In this document: positions 12,403-25,129 of the stretch, piece after piece
Layout: each line of letters opens with the position of its first letter
How positions within the stretch are numbered: the stretch's first letter is position 1
Assembly: GCA_013239625.1 (NCBI GenBank)
Contig: MU053994.1
Span: 2,547,589 to 2,611,588 of the forward strand
Reading direction: 5' to 3'
DNA length: 64,000 nt
Source: Lama guanicoe
Lineage: Eukaryota
Notes under the pieces: model-generated
Databases searched by the model: none
Told to the model about the DNA's origin: nothing
Seen by the model: only the letters and a program-made list of their open reading frames with translations
Made by a program: the position numbers and the translations under genes

Positions 12403-12495
12403 TTTATTTTAATTTTTAATGGAGGTACTGAGGATTGACCCCAGGACCTTGTGCATGCTTAAGCATGCACTCTACCACTGAGCTATACCCTCCCC
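12403..12495 (-). mobile_element. tRNA-derived SINE (camelid Vic-1-like)
   Basis: tRNA-like head with A and B boxes, an A-rich tail, and an 18-bp TSD ccagaatttgggttttat (12385-12402 and 12496-12513). Confidence 0.9.
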
Positions 12496-15486
12496 CCAGA
12501 ATTTGGGTTTTATACTAAGTTTAATAAATAAAGTCTCTCTCTTTAGGTCCTCTGACTTTCCTGGCAAAGCACAGGCTAAAATCCCCAAAACTGCCTTATC
12601 CTTGCAACTATAATGCTATAACCATTTTTCTCCTCTAATTCTTTCAAAATGAGGAGCCTCTTATTGTGTCCCAGGGAGACGCCAGGAGCAAAGCACATCG
12701 TTGGACAAAAACAAGGCACTCGGAGATGAAACAGCCCTGCACGCAAAGGAAACCACTTCTGGGCCTCTCCTGACCCTGACAACTCACAAGTGCCCCTGGA
12801 GGTAGAGCTGACCCCCTGCAAAAATGAAGACTACAATACATTCTTAGAAATGTGAAACATTTCCTTGCAGTTTGAATTTATATTATGTCTATTATTTTGA
12901 AATTTCAAATTCTAATGAAACCTTTTCAAAATACAGGCGCGCAGGTTTGTTGTAAACATTTCATATGGGTGCGTGCAAAAAAACAGAGAAGCCAAATGCA
13001 ACCCCAATTCCTTTCAGAGGTAACGTGGCAAAAAAGCATGAGAAAAGCACACAATTTTCCAGACCTCTGTTATTCGAAAGTACCTTCGTTTTACACCATG
13101 CTATGCATTGTTATGCATTCTGCTTTGCTCTCTAATGTCTCAGACACCACTCCCTTTTGGGCATGTCCCGTGCCCACGAGCACAGATCCATTGAAGAGAG
13201 GCCCACAAACTGATGTTCCTGGACACACTATGTTTGCTTTAAAGCCCTCTCTGGGCATGGCTTCCTTTCTTTGTTTCAATTTCAATGTAATTAAATGTTG
13301 CCAGACTGTTCTGAACAGTATCTTTAATTTTTCAGAGCAGACAAGAAATCCAGTAAGACGACAGCTCACCTACCATTGTCCATACCTTACACACCCTGAC
13401 GTTTGCATCTACTTCAGTGCCTGGCGCGTGGCTGACACCTGCTAAATGTTTGCGGGGTAGATAAGGAAAAGCTAAAGAGATACAAGAGGTGTGAAATGAA
13501 AGTATGCATAACCCAAAGTTCCTAAGGTGAGAAATCAGGTCTTAAATTGGTTAGCGAATCATGATTTAATTTGATCCCAAGTTTTGTTATCTTCTGTCTA
13601 GAAGTTGGCAAATAGTTCATGAAGTTTCTTAGTCTGGGAGGAGTTGCAAGATGAAAGAAAATTGTTACTTTACAATTGAAGTCCATGAAATGAAGGGAGA
13701 AAGAAAATGTAAGATTAAAGACCAAACAGTATTGGGAAAGATGAAAGCAGGAAGTTACAGGCACATTTGCATTCACGCAGGTTTAACAGAATTACATTAA
13801 ATGCGTTGTAACGTAAAAATATGCCAAATCTACACCCCTCACCCGCCCATTCTCTGCAGATCACATCTTTGATGGGCAGCTGAGTAAGCAAAGGGGCACG
13901 GTTTCCCTTGGGCTCAGATCAGAAGCTCTTCCTCCAGGCAGTGGGGAATGCAGCAATTCTGTCTCTGAAGGTCCAAAGGTGACATGGCTCAGTTCAGGAC
14001 CGCTGGCTTTGGACATGAGCAGACAGAGGGGACGGTGAGGGTAAAGCTGGCCCCTCAGACCACTGCACCCAACAAGCCAGGGGTTTCCCAGTTCCAGAAA
14101 CAAACAGGACAAAGTCAAAAGTGGAGAACTTTTTAGTTAAAGGAATAGAGGAAGTATGAATGAATTTGTCTGAATTTGCTGAAAGAAAATGTCTGAATTT
14201 CCATAAGAATGTTAAAATTTCAGTCCTAAATCTCATAACAAAGGACCAAGTTTGGTTAATTGTGCAACCAACATTTATGTCTATGAATACCTCTCAGCTA
14301 TCAGTTGACCCTTCAGTCACTGCTTAAACAAGCCAGCAACTTCAGAACTTCCCCTGACACCCCTGTTTGTGCTGCTGGCCGGGGATCTCCCCCTGCTTTG
14401 GTCAGTGAAGTTACTGTGTTCACCAGCCCAGCGCTGACCAGCCTGGGCCCACCTCCTTGTCCTATGGCCTCAGGCTACTAGAAACAGGTAGTAACAGTTC
14501 CATACTAATTAGAAACGGCTAGAAAACGGCCTTTCAGGCAAATATTTTCCTTGCTTTCTGCCAAAAAGGAAGGATTTGTATCTCAACATTTCACAGCCCC
14601 CCCCCACCTCCCCACCCCAGCATCCTCATGAATGAGACTTTCAGGCAGGGGTGTGGGGACAGGACCTATGTGCCAGTGGGCAGAGAACTCTGCATGACCC
14701 TTCACACCAGCCTGGCCAAACGCAGACTTTCCTGTTGAAGCAATTAAGAGTTTGGGGACCAGGAAAGAATTTCATCTTTTAAATAGCAAAATAAACCCAA
14801 ACCCAAACCCAAAAAACAAACAAACAAAAACTCCAGATAATTGCAAGTCTGGCACAAGAGTATCTAGTATTTTTTGGTTGGTACAGATCACATACCAATG
14901 AGCTTATGAATATAAAAAAAATACCCCCAAATAGTCAAAGGCAAGTCCAGGAAAACACAACATGAATCCATCTTTGTTTGGGTGGAGTTCACTGGTAAGT
15001 TTTTCCTTTTGCACAGAAAAGGATGACTGAGACGAAAGCTGGGCTGACCGTCATGGAACATGCTTGATTTTTGTTGAAGGTCAACCTAAAATGAAAGAAA
15101 ATATTTAATTTTCTTCACTGGAGGGAAAAAGCAAAATACTGAAGAGAGTTACCTCTTTTAACAAATTTTTCTTATGAAAATTAACAAGCTGCAATTATTA
15201 ATGGCATAGCTGAGAGCGAGGCATTGTTGGCATCACTTGAGGGCTGAAACACTTTTTAATTATGTTATAGTTGATTCATTCACTACCAGACTGATGACTA
15301 CAAGTGTACTTAACTAAACAAAGCTAACAGGGAGTTTATTTTGAATTAGTTCACAGATGTGAGAACCATCAATTAGAAAGAGCACAAAGCTCAGTGTCCT
15401 CTCTTTCAAATAATAAGGACATAGGGAAACTTCAGATGAGACTAAGCTATGTGTCCTTATGGCCTTTACCTAAGAGATAGCAAAAA

Positions 15487-15605
15487 GGGGAGGGTAGAGC
15501 TCAAGTGGTAGAGCACATCCTTACCATGCATGAGGTCCTGGGTTCAATCCCCAGTACTTCCTCTAAAAATAAAATAAAACCTACTTACTTCCCCCTGTCA
15601 ATTAA
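15487..15605 (+). mobile_element. tRNA-derived SINE (camelid Vic-1-like) inside the CXorf38 3'-UTR intron
   Basis: ggggagggtagagctcaagtggtagag...ggttcaatcccc; 13-bp TSD aagagatagcaaa (15472-15484 and 15606-15618). Confidence 0.9.
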
Positions 15606-15667
15606 AAGAGATAGCAAAGAGATGAGGCTGTTCTGTCCTTATTCAACATCATATACTTAAACTCACG

Positions 15668-15829
15668 TCAGGCCTTCCCTTCAGATGTTTGTGCCCCGGG
15701 TTCCTTTGAATCCGTTTTTGGAGGCTGTTGATACAGGCTGTCAAGCTTCTGCATGTCTTCTGTAAGACCATTTCTAAGATCTTCATTGTTTCTCAGAAAT
15801 TCTTTCACCACTTCCAGTTGATTTAAGAT
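15668..15829 (-). CDS. CXorf38: CXorf38 coding exon 6 (ILNQLEVV...SEGKA*)
   Basis: Acceptor ttcttgcag; 162 nt including the TGA; phase 0 with exon 5. Confidence 0.92.
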   Translation of the reverse strand: MLNQLEVVKEFLRNNEDLRNGLTEDMQKLDSLYQQPPKTDSKEPGAQTSEGKA

Positions 15830-16000
15830 CTGCAAGAAGAAACCATACAATGCACAGCTTAGATAATTTTATAGCAGACTTGTAATTCTGATGGAAAATG
15901 CACCAGCTCCAAGGCTGGCTCCTGCTCATGTGTCCACCTGTACCTGGTTCTGGGGCCACCCAAAGGAGTGTTTGCTGGTCTCCTTAAATTTTTTTGCTTT

Positions 16001-17215
16001 TAGGGGTTAATATCCAAAATATATAGAGGGGAGGGTATAACTCAGTGGTAGAGTATGTGCTTAGCATGCACGAGGTCCTGGGTTTAACCCCCAGTGCCTC
16101 CATTAAAATAAATAAATAAACCTAATTACACCCCCACAAAAAACCTAAAAATAAAATAAATTAATTTTAAAAATATCCAAAATGTATAAAGAACTCATGC
16201 AATTCAATAGCAAAAAACCAAGTAACTCAATTAAAAAATGGCCAAAGGAACTGAATATTTTCCCATAGAAGACATAGGTACATGAAAAAGTGCTAAACAT
16301 CATTATTCATCACAGAAATGCAAATTAAAACCACAACGAGATATCACCTCACACCTGTTAGAATGGCTATCATCAAAAAGAGAGAAACGCTGGCAAGGGT
16401 GTGGAGAAAAGGGAACCCCGTGCACCACTGGTGGGAATGTAAATTGGTGCAGCCACTATGAAAAACAGTATGGAGGATCCTCAAAAATTAAAAAAGGAAC
16501 TATCATATGACCTAGAAATCCTACTTCTGGGAATGTATCTGAAGGAAACAAAAACACCATGCTAAAGAGATATCTGCCTGCCCCTCGCCATGGTAATAGC
16601 AGCATTATTCACAATAGCTAAGACAAGGAAACAACCTAAGTGTACATAGACAGATGAATGGATAAAGAGGACGTGGTGTAGGTATATGATGAAATACTAC
16701 TTGGCCATAAAAAAGATGCAAATTCTACCATTCGAGACAACATGGATAGAACTAGAGGGCATTATGCTAAGTTACATACGTCAGAGAGAGACAAACACTG
16801 TATGATCTCACCTATATGTGGATCTAAAACAAAAACAAACAAAAAAATAAACTCATAGAAAAAGAGATTAGATTTGTAGTTACCAGAGGTGGGGGTGGGG
16901 GTGGGGGTGGGGAAATGGATGAAAGTGGTCAAAAGATACAAACTTCCAGTTACAAGATAAATAAGTACTAGCAACAATTGTTAACACTGCTGTATGGTAT
17001 ATCTGAAAGTTAAGTGAGTAAATCTTAAGCATTCTTATCGCAAGGTAAAAAACAACTTTCGCCTTTTTTTTTTTGGTATCTATATGGGATGATAGATGCT
17101 AACTAAACTTATCGTGGTAATCATTCCATGATATATGTAAGTCAAATAATTATGCTGTATATATTAAATTTAGACAGGCTGCATGTCAATTATATCTCAA
17201 TAAAATCAGAAAAAA
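16001..17215 (+). mobile_element. L1 3' portion (end of ORF2 and 3' UTR), degenerate
   Basis: atgcaaattaaaaccacaacgagatatcacctcacacc parallels the L1 at 1244; ends tatatctcaataaaa. Confidence 0.85.
16027..16171 (+). mobile_element. tRNA-derived SINE nested in L1
   Basis: Same SINE head; TSD aatatccaaaat(a/g)tata at 16009-16025 and 16172-16188. Confidence 0.9.
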
Positions 17216-17264
17216 CTTAAAAAAATTTTTTTGCTGTAAAACTTCTTGCATTTGTATGAAAGGG

Positions 17265-17612
17265 CTATGTATCTATACTTATATATGTGTGTGTGTCTAT
17301 GTATACACATATATATGCACATATGTATATACATACACATATGCATAGATATATATAAAAATAAAATGAAGCCCTTTCATTTTGAATTTTGTACCCACAC
17401 ATTTATCACTATTAAATATATATACATGTATGTACACACACATATACAAATGTATACACTCACACATATAAAGCTCTTTCATTTTGATTATGTACATATT
17501 TATTACTATTAAATATGTATACATGTACATTTATTACCATTCAATATTTATAATATATCCATATATATATATTTACTAGTAATAAATCTACTGGTACAAA
17601 ATTCAAAATGAA
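17265..17612. repeat. TA/CA-rich low-complexity tract with an internal inverted repeat
   Basis: Alternating purine-pyrimidine runs; 20-bp perfect inverted arms at 17376-17395 and 17593-17612. Confidence 0.85.
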
Positions 17613-19419
17613 CACAAGTGTACAAAGTAAAAAGTTGGTCCTCTTCCACATCCTGTCCCCAGTCACCCACCCTCTCTCAGCGGTGACCACAATGAAGTTT
17701 CGTGTGTCTCTTACAGGGGTATTCTATGCATTTACATGTGAACACACGTGAATATATGTACACACATTTTAAAACATTTTCAGCTTTACTGAGATATAAT
17801 TGGCACATACACATTTTAAAAAACAAATGGCAGCACTGTTCTTCAACTGATTTTTTTGCCTTTATTGAATTATAAAGAGTGGCCTCATTATTTTTTTTAA
17901 CAGCTGAATAGTTTTTCAGCTACGGATATTTCACCTTTTAACATACGATTTCCAACCTTCTGCTAAGAGAAATACTGCTGCAGTAGCTAACCCGGTACAT
18001 GCGTCATTTTGCGTAAGTGACGGGCTATTTGTAGGGTCTGTTTTTAGAAGTGGAACGCAGTTTTCATTGGTAGAGTTTTCTGTTTTAATGTTGATACATT
18101 TTGCCAAAACTGCCATCTAGAGAGGTTATACCAATTTCAACTCCCCCCAGTAACATACTTCCTGACATTTAAACTAATACAAATGTGTACTCTCAGAATA
18201 GTACCACAGAAATGTTTTTCATTTGGCTTATCCCAGGATACCCTTGCTGGTCACCGTGCTTATTACAAAGATGAGAGTTATTAATATTTTGGGGTGTGTG
18301 AATTTTTTTTAAATGAGGGACCCCCCCCAATTCCAAGCTAAGTCAAGATGATCTCCATCTAGTGAAGGAAAGGGATGGAGTACCTTACTCCTAGCAGAGT
18401 GGTGGTCCTTAAACTTTAGAGGTATACACAGTTGATTCTGGTGCAGCGGGTCTAGGGCAGAACTGAAGCAGGCACTAGCTTATTGTGACGTGAGCGAATG
18501 AAACAGCCAGATGCGGGATGACGGCTGCCAGGGATGGAAGGGAGGGAAGGCTGGCAGTGGCTTGTGGACGGGATGAATAGGGAGCAGGGAGGGCCAGGGT
18601 GGAGCCGAGGATGACCAGAAGGCTTCAGGTAAGTTACTAAGTAGATGGGGATGTGCCCTTCAGTTGGAGCTGTTTACTACACAGCTAGAAACAAGCCTAC
18701 TGCTCCCGAAAGATACCTGGACTTTAAATAATAAATCTGGAAACCATAAACACATGACATGAAGATGACACCAGTGACATTATTCACATTGTGCCTTAGT
18801 AACTGCGGGCACTGCACTGTTGGTGCTTACTGCCTGTGCTGGGTGCTCCAGATGCACCTGAGGGTCCTTCCCATCCCTTGGTTCCCATCACATGCCCGTG
18901 ACCGTGCTGGCTGGGTCTGTGCGGCACACACACACTCCTAGATGGAGCGGGGCCGTCCCTCCCTGGGTCAGAGACATCATTTGATAACTTGGGAGCTATG
19001 ATCCTTTGTGCTGTCACCTCCTGATCTTCTCTGCTCTTGAAATGTGCTTAAGAGGGCTTGATTATTTTAGCTTTGGGGGAGGAGAAAGAGTCAAAGGAGT
19101 TTTTTTTTTTAAACTATTAACAGTGTGGAAGGCTTGTACACATTTATATGTTAAGTGGGAAGAGAAAGTGGGGATGGAAAATGAAGTACTAGAAAAGTTA
19201 TGGAATGTAGTTACATGGACTTGCATATTGACTTGGATATTGTGGCTTTGCCACTTAACCAGCTGTGTGACTTTGGGCAAGACACTTGACCTCTCTGAGC
19301 TTACTTCCATGCGTGCAGATATAGGATGATGATACCCATGCCATTTAGAGTTCTTGTGCAGCTTAGAAATAATCTACTAAAAGCACTCAGCACTGTATCT
19401 GGTACACTCCTTCCTTCCT

Positions 19420-20205
19420 ACATTCATTCAACAAAACTTTAGTGAGTCTCCTATGTGCCAGGCAGGCCCTGTTCTAGTCAAAAGATGCCTAGCACCTTCA
19501 TTCTTCCAGGCACTTAAGCCAAAACCCTTGGACTCATCTTTGACACGTGTCTGTCTCTCACATGCCACATCTGCCCCGCTCTTCCCCACCTCGACTCTTC
19601 CACCCACGTCTGCACCACCACCTCTCTTACCTGGTAGCCACGGCAGCCTCCTAACAAACATCTCCTTGCTTCCATCTTTGGCCACCCCCCCCCGCCCACC
19701 CTCAACCCGGCAGCCAGCGGCTCCTTTCCTCACTCTGCTGCTCAGAACTCGGCTGCGGCTGCCATCTCAGGAGGAAAAGCCTAGGTCCTGCCAACAGCTC
19801 ACAAGGCTTCCCTTCTCTCAGCTTCTCGCCCCGCTCCAGACACCCTGCTCAACTCGCCCTTGCCTCTGCCTGAATGCTCCTCCTGCAGCTGTGCACACGG
19901 CTGCTCTCACCTCCTCTGAGGCATCCCCACTTCTCCCTTCTCAGTGGCGCCTCCTCCCTGGCCACCCCGTGGCAACCCAACACCTGGCCCCACTCGGCCC
20001 CTCCTGATCCCCACACTCTGCTCCACACAGTACTTCTTCTAATTCGCCCCATCATTACTTATCATGTTGACCTATGCTAACTGTTTACCGTCTGTCTCCC
20101 TTCACCGGGACCTTTGTTTTGTTCCCCGATGCATGCCAAGCTTCTAGAACTGTGCCTGGTACATAGTAGGCGCTCACTCAGTAAGTATCTCTGGAATATA
20201 ACAAA
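19420..20205. mobile_element. L2 fragments
   Basis: cattcattcaacaaa and gtgcctggtacatagtaggcgctca are L2 3'-end motifs; pyrimidine-rich body. Confidence 0.65.
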
Positions 20206-20845
20206 TGGAGTGTCACTTCCATCCCGTCCCCGACTGCCTCAATGACATCCATCGCTGCCCCTTCTCCCCGAGCTTCCCCTCCGATCCCTGGGAAAGTGGC
20301 TCCCCCACCAGGGTTTAAGAGATCAGTGACGATTTTTAAAGAACGTGTTAAGTTCTTTACACGTTCTTTAGCCACTAACTGTGCTCAATGTTCTTTAGCT
20401 GGATTTTTAACCCCCCAGATCCTGACAGAGCCCCGAGGGCTGGCAGGTGTGCGTGAAGCGCTCTTGGGTGGCAGCTGAATTCTGCGGCCGAGGACCCACA
20501 GTGGAAAAGTCCCACACATGTCCCGACGGGCCGAGCAGCTGCGGCTCCCCTCTGGCTCTGAAGCGGACCTCATTTTACAGTCACAGTGATGCATGCCCAG
20601 TGTATTTAATTTATCATGTCGCCGACTGGACAGAGAACAGGAGAAGATGAGCTCTCTCAGCTAGGCACTCCCTGGCACTCACTCCCATGCTCTGTGACGT
20701 GTTTCCAGAAACTGTCACACTAAATCACCACCATCAACCATTTTTTCTCATCGTGGCTTTCCAACCTTAGCCCTACTGTTTGAACGAACACCAGAAACAG
20801 GTCTTGCGAAACAGTCATGAAAAACGTCCTGTGGTCGTAATACAA

Positions 20846-21028
20846 TCACTATATTTCTTGATTCCTAACTGCACATTTTTTTCATATTTTAACATCTCAA
20901 ATGAGAATGCACTGTACCATTGATGGTGTCTTACAGTAAATTGGCAGGGTTTTTTTTTTCTCTCTTAGAAATAACTGAACTAATCGTGTGTCTTGCAATT
21001 GATGGCATTTTAGATTCACTGAAATTTG
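20846..21028. mobile_element. Non-autonomous TcMar DNA transposon (MER104-like); related copy at ~48195-48366
   Basis: The two copies share catattttaacat and degenerate terminal inverted repeats (tatttc...gaaat). Confidence 0.5.
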
Positions 21029-23090
21029 GTTTATCAAGTCCTCTGACTTTGAAGACTAACCCTAAAGAACATGAATTATCACACATGGTGGTGAACTTTC
21101 AAAAGAGGTCTGTTTCACACACTGCGGAAAGCCAAACTTCAGCTTCTCAGAGATAACATGCCAATCAATTCGAACTTGTATTTTGATCAATTGAAATAGC
21201 AAGAAGAATGCCATGGTCTACTGAACAGAAAGCATGAAAAATGAGAATTTATCACCTCTACCTAGAGACTTTGGGACCTGGAGGACAAACCAATTAACCC
21301 CAATTTTCTCTCTGTAAAACAGAGATAATGAGGGGTTGAAATTCACAGTTGCTAGCTCCCTGGTGCTACAAGATGCTCTGTGAGGTGTGTGCGAAGGCAG
21401 GCAGAGCCCCAGGCCAGCCCTCACACCCCGGCTGGCCATGTGGCCTCACATCGGTCAGTGCCTGCTCCTTGGGGTCGCTGTAAAGCGTGCAAAGCAGGGC
21501 ATACAATGACTGCCAGGTTCCCTTCCAGCTCCCAACCTGCAGGGACTCCTGGTTTCAGTGTGTTGCCCTTGATGTATCTGGCTCTTTGTTAGACAAACAG
21601 GAAAAGAACCACAGCTCGCTCAAGAAAGAAGAGAAAATTTCTGACGACTCAGGGGCCATGAGCCTGATCTCCCGGTTTTTTTTTTTTTTCTGTTGTCTCT
21701 CTTTCTGAAAGCGGCAGCAGCAGGAAAACTGGGGCTGGTTCTAATGGCATTTTAAAATGAAGCAAGATGAAACATACGGATTTAGAAAATTGAAGATTTA
21801 AGTCTTATTCAGCATTTTAAATACCTGTGGTGTGCCGGGGTGGGTGCACCCAAAAACCAGCGGCACCCAGTCCCCGTGCTAAAGAAGCTTATCAGGCTGA
21901 ATGAAGCGCCTGGGTCAAGGTCAGAACGGTTGACGTAGGCATATGGAGCAGTAAGGAGCATGGCCTAAAGAATGAAATGCACTTTGTATTAAAACGCTCT
22001 GTGTTTAGCGAGGTAACCAGCAAACCCACTTGCCTTGGACAAAGTGTAATGGAGAGAGAAAATGATTTGTCCAAGATCTCCTGCTGAACCAGAATTCTAA
22101 TCCAGCAAGTGCCGGGATATTTTTGAACCTTACTGAAATAGAATTCTGCTACTGTTAGTTATTTTTAAAATACCATGCGTGTAATTAGCAAAGGGGATTC
22201 ATACATCCTGTACTTAAGACCATCATTAGCCTGCAGTGTCCTGAACTAGAAGCCTTGTTGATCCTTTAACCCCTCCTTCGTCACCTCCTGCCGGCTCCAG
22301 GCCAGGCTCCAGGTAATCTAACCAGCCACTAGGAGCCATCAGCCCCAGTGCCTGCAGAAGCCGGCCCCTCCTGCACACCACTAGCTCATCCTCCTCTCCC
22401 CCTCACGACTGAGCCTCCGGGCTCCTCTCCAACCTCCAACTGCCGTAAGACTTCACTTTCTAAAAGCTGTATCAGATCTAGTTCATTTCCTCTTTCTTGC
22501 TTAAAAAAAAACCTCTGTTGGCTCCCAAGGGCTTTTTGGGAATGAGGTCCAAACCCCTTAGTGCAGCATAGAATACCTTTTAAAATACGGCTCCCACCCA
22601 CCTGACGACCCTCACATCCAACCGCACCTCCTATGCTCGCCTCGTTGCTGTCTGGCCCGAGCTAGTCTCTCGTGCCTCTGCAAGGGCTGTTCCTTCTGCC
22701 AAGAACGCCCTTCTGCTCCTGCCAATCTGCCAAACTCTGATTTGACGCTTAGTCCCAGCTCAACAGCGCCTTCTCAGTAAAGCCTTTTTCGGGACCCCGC
22801 CTGACCCTCCCCAGCCCCTTCTGTTCAGGAGTCTGTGGGAGCCCTCCCCGTGGCGCTCTGCTCTGTGGCCCGAAGTAGGCACCCAAATGTCTGCTCATTG
22901 AGTGAAGACATTTGTTTAAGGGGAATAGTAACTTGTGCCAAAAGGATATTCGTTTCTGAAAATTATCGGACTTTTAAATCAGAAACACAACCAGTAATAA
23001 GTTAAAATGAGCTGCCCTTCCTCCCTGGCGTCTGTTTTGTTTACTCACACAGAGGACATAATACTTTTTTGTTTGTTTGTTTGTTTTTAC

Positions 23091-23270
23091 CTCTTCAGGC
23101 AACATCTCTTGTTCTTTGGCCTGGAGATAAAGCTCTTGAAGTTTTTCCTTTAGTAATTCCATCTCTGTCTCCTTTACTTGGCTCTCACTCAGGTAAACTC
23201 CTGCTTCATGTTCACACCCATCTGGCTGATCTTCTTCAGGGATGTGAACTGCCCAGTCAGATGTCAACAG
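23091..23270 (-). CDS. CXorf38: CXorf38 coding exon 5 (LLTSDWAV...MLPEE)
   Basis: 180 nt, AG/GT bounded, phase 0-0. Confidence 0.93.
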
Positions 23271-23551
23271 CTGTTGCGTTACCGAACAAAAACATGAATT
23301 GATTGAATGGAAGATATTCCACTGGGTTACTCAAAGAATTTGTAATTAAACATCAATGACTGGATCCATTCTGATAACATCCTGTGACCACAGGAAAGCT
23401 GCTCCACCCAATCACAGTTCTGATTTCATACCAACATTGGTCCCCCTGCTTCCATTCTAAAATTACATTTAAATCTAATAAACTTCAAACTGTGGTTGCT
23501 TTTTGCCTCCCCTTATTCCTTTATGCCGAGATTGTTACATGTGATTTTTAC

Positions 23552-23701
23552 CTGTTCTATTCGGGAGTAAACGGCCACAATCTCTGGGATATTCTTGAAT
23601 TCATTCAGAAAATTTTGGATCTTCACCTGAAAATCTCGAAGCCACATAGAAGACACTTTCATCTCTGAAGAGTGCATGATCTCATTACGACACTTAATCA
23701 C
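23552..23701 (-). CDS. CXorf38: CXorf38 coding exon 4 ([10 protein letters not shown]...SRIEQ)
   Basis: 150 nt, strong polypyrimidine acceptor, GTAAAA donor. Confidence 0.94.
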
Positions 23702-25009
23702 CTACAGAGAGAAAAAAAAAAAAGAGAAAAGCCTTCAAGGTCCAAAAACAGGGTAAACTGAGATTTTTGCAGTTCCTGAGAAAAACTGCAGAAAGGCCCT
23801 GTTAATTCTAAAATCCACAAGTGTGTGGCCTGCAGGTGCCGTCAAGGCTAGAGCGGGATGTTCAAACCCCCTGCCAGTTGAAGAATAAATTCCTCGGGGT
23901 AAGAAATACAAATTGTCCTTAGTCCCGGAAATCTTGTGGGTGGGTGGATATCTCGTACATAATCCCCCAAGTCCCCTAACTTAAAACAACTTGCAAAGAG
24001 CAAGAGTATTGGCCACTGGCTCTGGGTATACCAAAGGCTGAAGAAGACAGTGGAAAAATCTTTTAAATATTGTTGAAGCTCTGGAAGCTGGGCCAAGGGA
24101 GTTTTTTGACGTAGAAACCATGATAAACAGAAAATCAACTTTTGCCTATATTCTATGACAAACAGTTCTGTCTAATCATATATGAACATATAATTCATGT
24201 CAAGTCTTCCACGTTCTTGGTTAAAAGATACTAAAGGGGTCAGTTTTGTATTGTGATAGTGCTGGTCTCCATTGATGATGAAGGATTCTCAGTCCTTTCA
24301 GCAGCTGGCACCTAGCAAAATGCACGTGCGTTTGCTCTACATATTAAAAATAACCCAGCTGTGCTAGCTACCCTTTCCAACGATCCTCAGAGTAACAAGT
24401 GCACCAGAACCGGCCTCTGGTGAGATGGAGAAAGTCTCAGTCTCCCAAGGGAAGTCTGACAAGCACAGCGATCCATTCTGATGGCGTTTATCCATTACTG
24501 TTTATATTTTCTTCAGTTCTATGTGACTTGGCCTTGCAACTGTGTAGCCAATGAGATTCAGAAAGGCAGGACTCAAATGCTGGCATACAACGGACAGATG
24601 GATGCATTCTTCTGTATTTGTTTTTTAATATGGAAAATTATTTTGCTTCTGTTTATGGCAGAACAGGGAAGAGAAATTTGAGGTTCGTCTCTTCAGCGGC
24701 AAACAGTGCAACAGCAAGGAGTCAGGAAGCATCGATTAGGGAGAGCGGAAGGGTCAGTCTCCTCAGTGCACTCGCACGGGGCTTCCTGGGCACCACGGAA
24801 GGTGCATGCCATGGGAGCCCTGCTGGCCTTCTTAGCGATGCCAGCTGTGAACCGGAGCCTGCCTTCCTCTGCACACCACCGTCTGGGGAGAGGCCCTGAG
24901 CCACACCTGCACCCCCGCTTTAGCAGCACAGGGTGTGCTTCTTGGCTGGTCTTCCCGGTACCGACTCGACTGGCTCTTACTGTCTGGTTTTCAATCTGAC
25001 AGCTCTTAC

Positions 25010-25129
25010 CTCCGTGACTTTCTTTCGATCAACCACGAAGTGATCGCAGCAGTTGAGAAGACTTAAAAGGGCAACCGCATCACATTCCTCAGGTCCTGTT
25101 TTGTCTGCCAGTCCTCGGGGCATGAAGGC
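25010..25129 (-). CDS. CXorf38: CXorf38 coding exon 3 (AFMPRG...KKVTE)
   Basis: 120 nt, ctacag acceptor, GTAAGA donor. Confidence 0.94.

Larger units (their letters stand above)
11770..15085 (-). other. CXorf38: CXorf38 terminal non-coding exon (3' UTR); 3' end approximate
   Basis: Acceptor ttttctttcattttag at 15086 pairs with the GTGAGT donor at 15666. A minus-strand AATAAA at 11788-11793 has an upstream TGTA and a downstream T-rich tract. Confidence 0.6.

Noticed and set aside
12885..13445. 186-aa plus-strand ORF
   Set aside because: No recognisable homology or exon structure; it lies antisense to the presumed CXorf38 3' UTR.
12403..16171. Three tRNA-like sequences with A/B boxes as tRNA genes
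   Set aside because: They have A-rich tails and TSDs and are mutually diverged, so they are SINEs.
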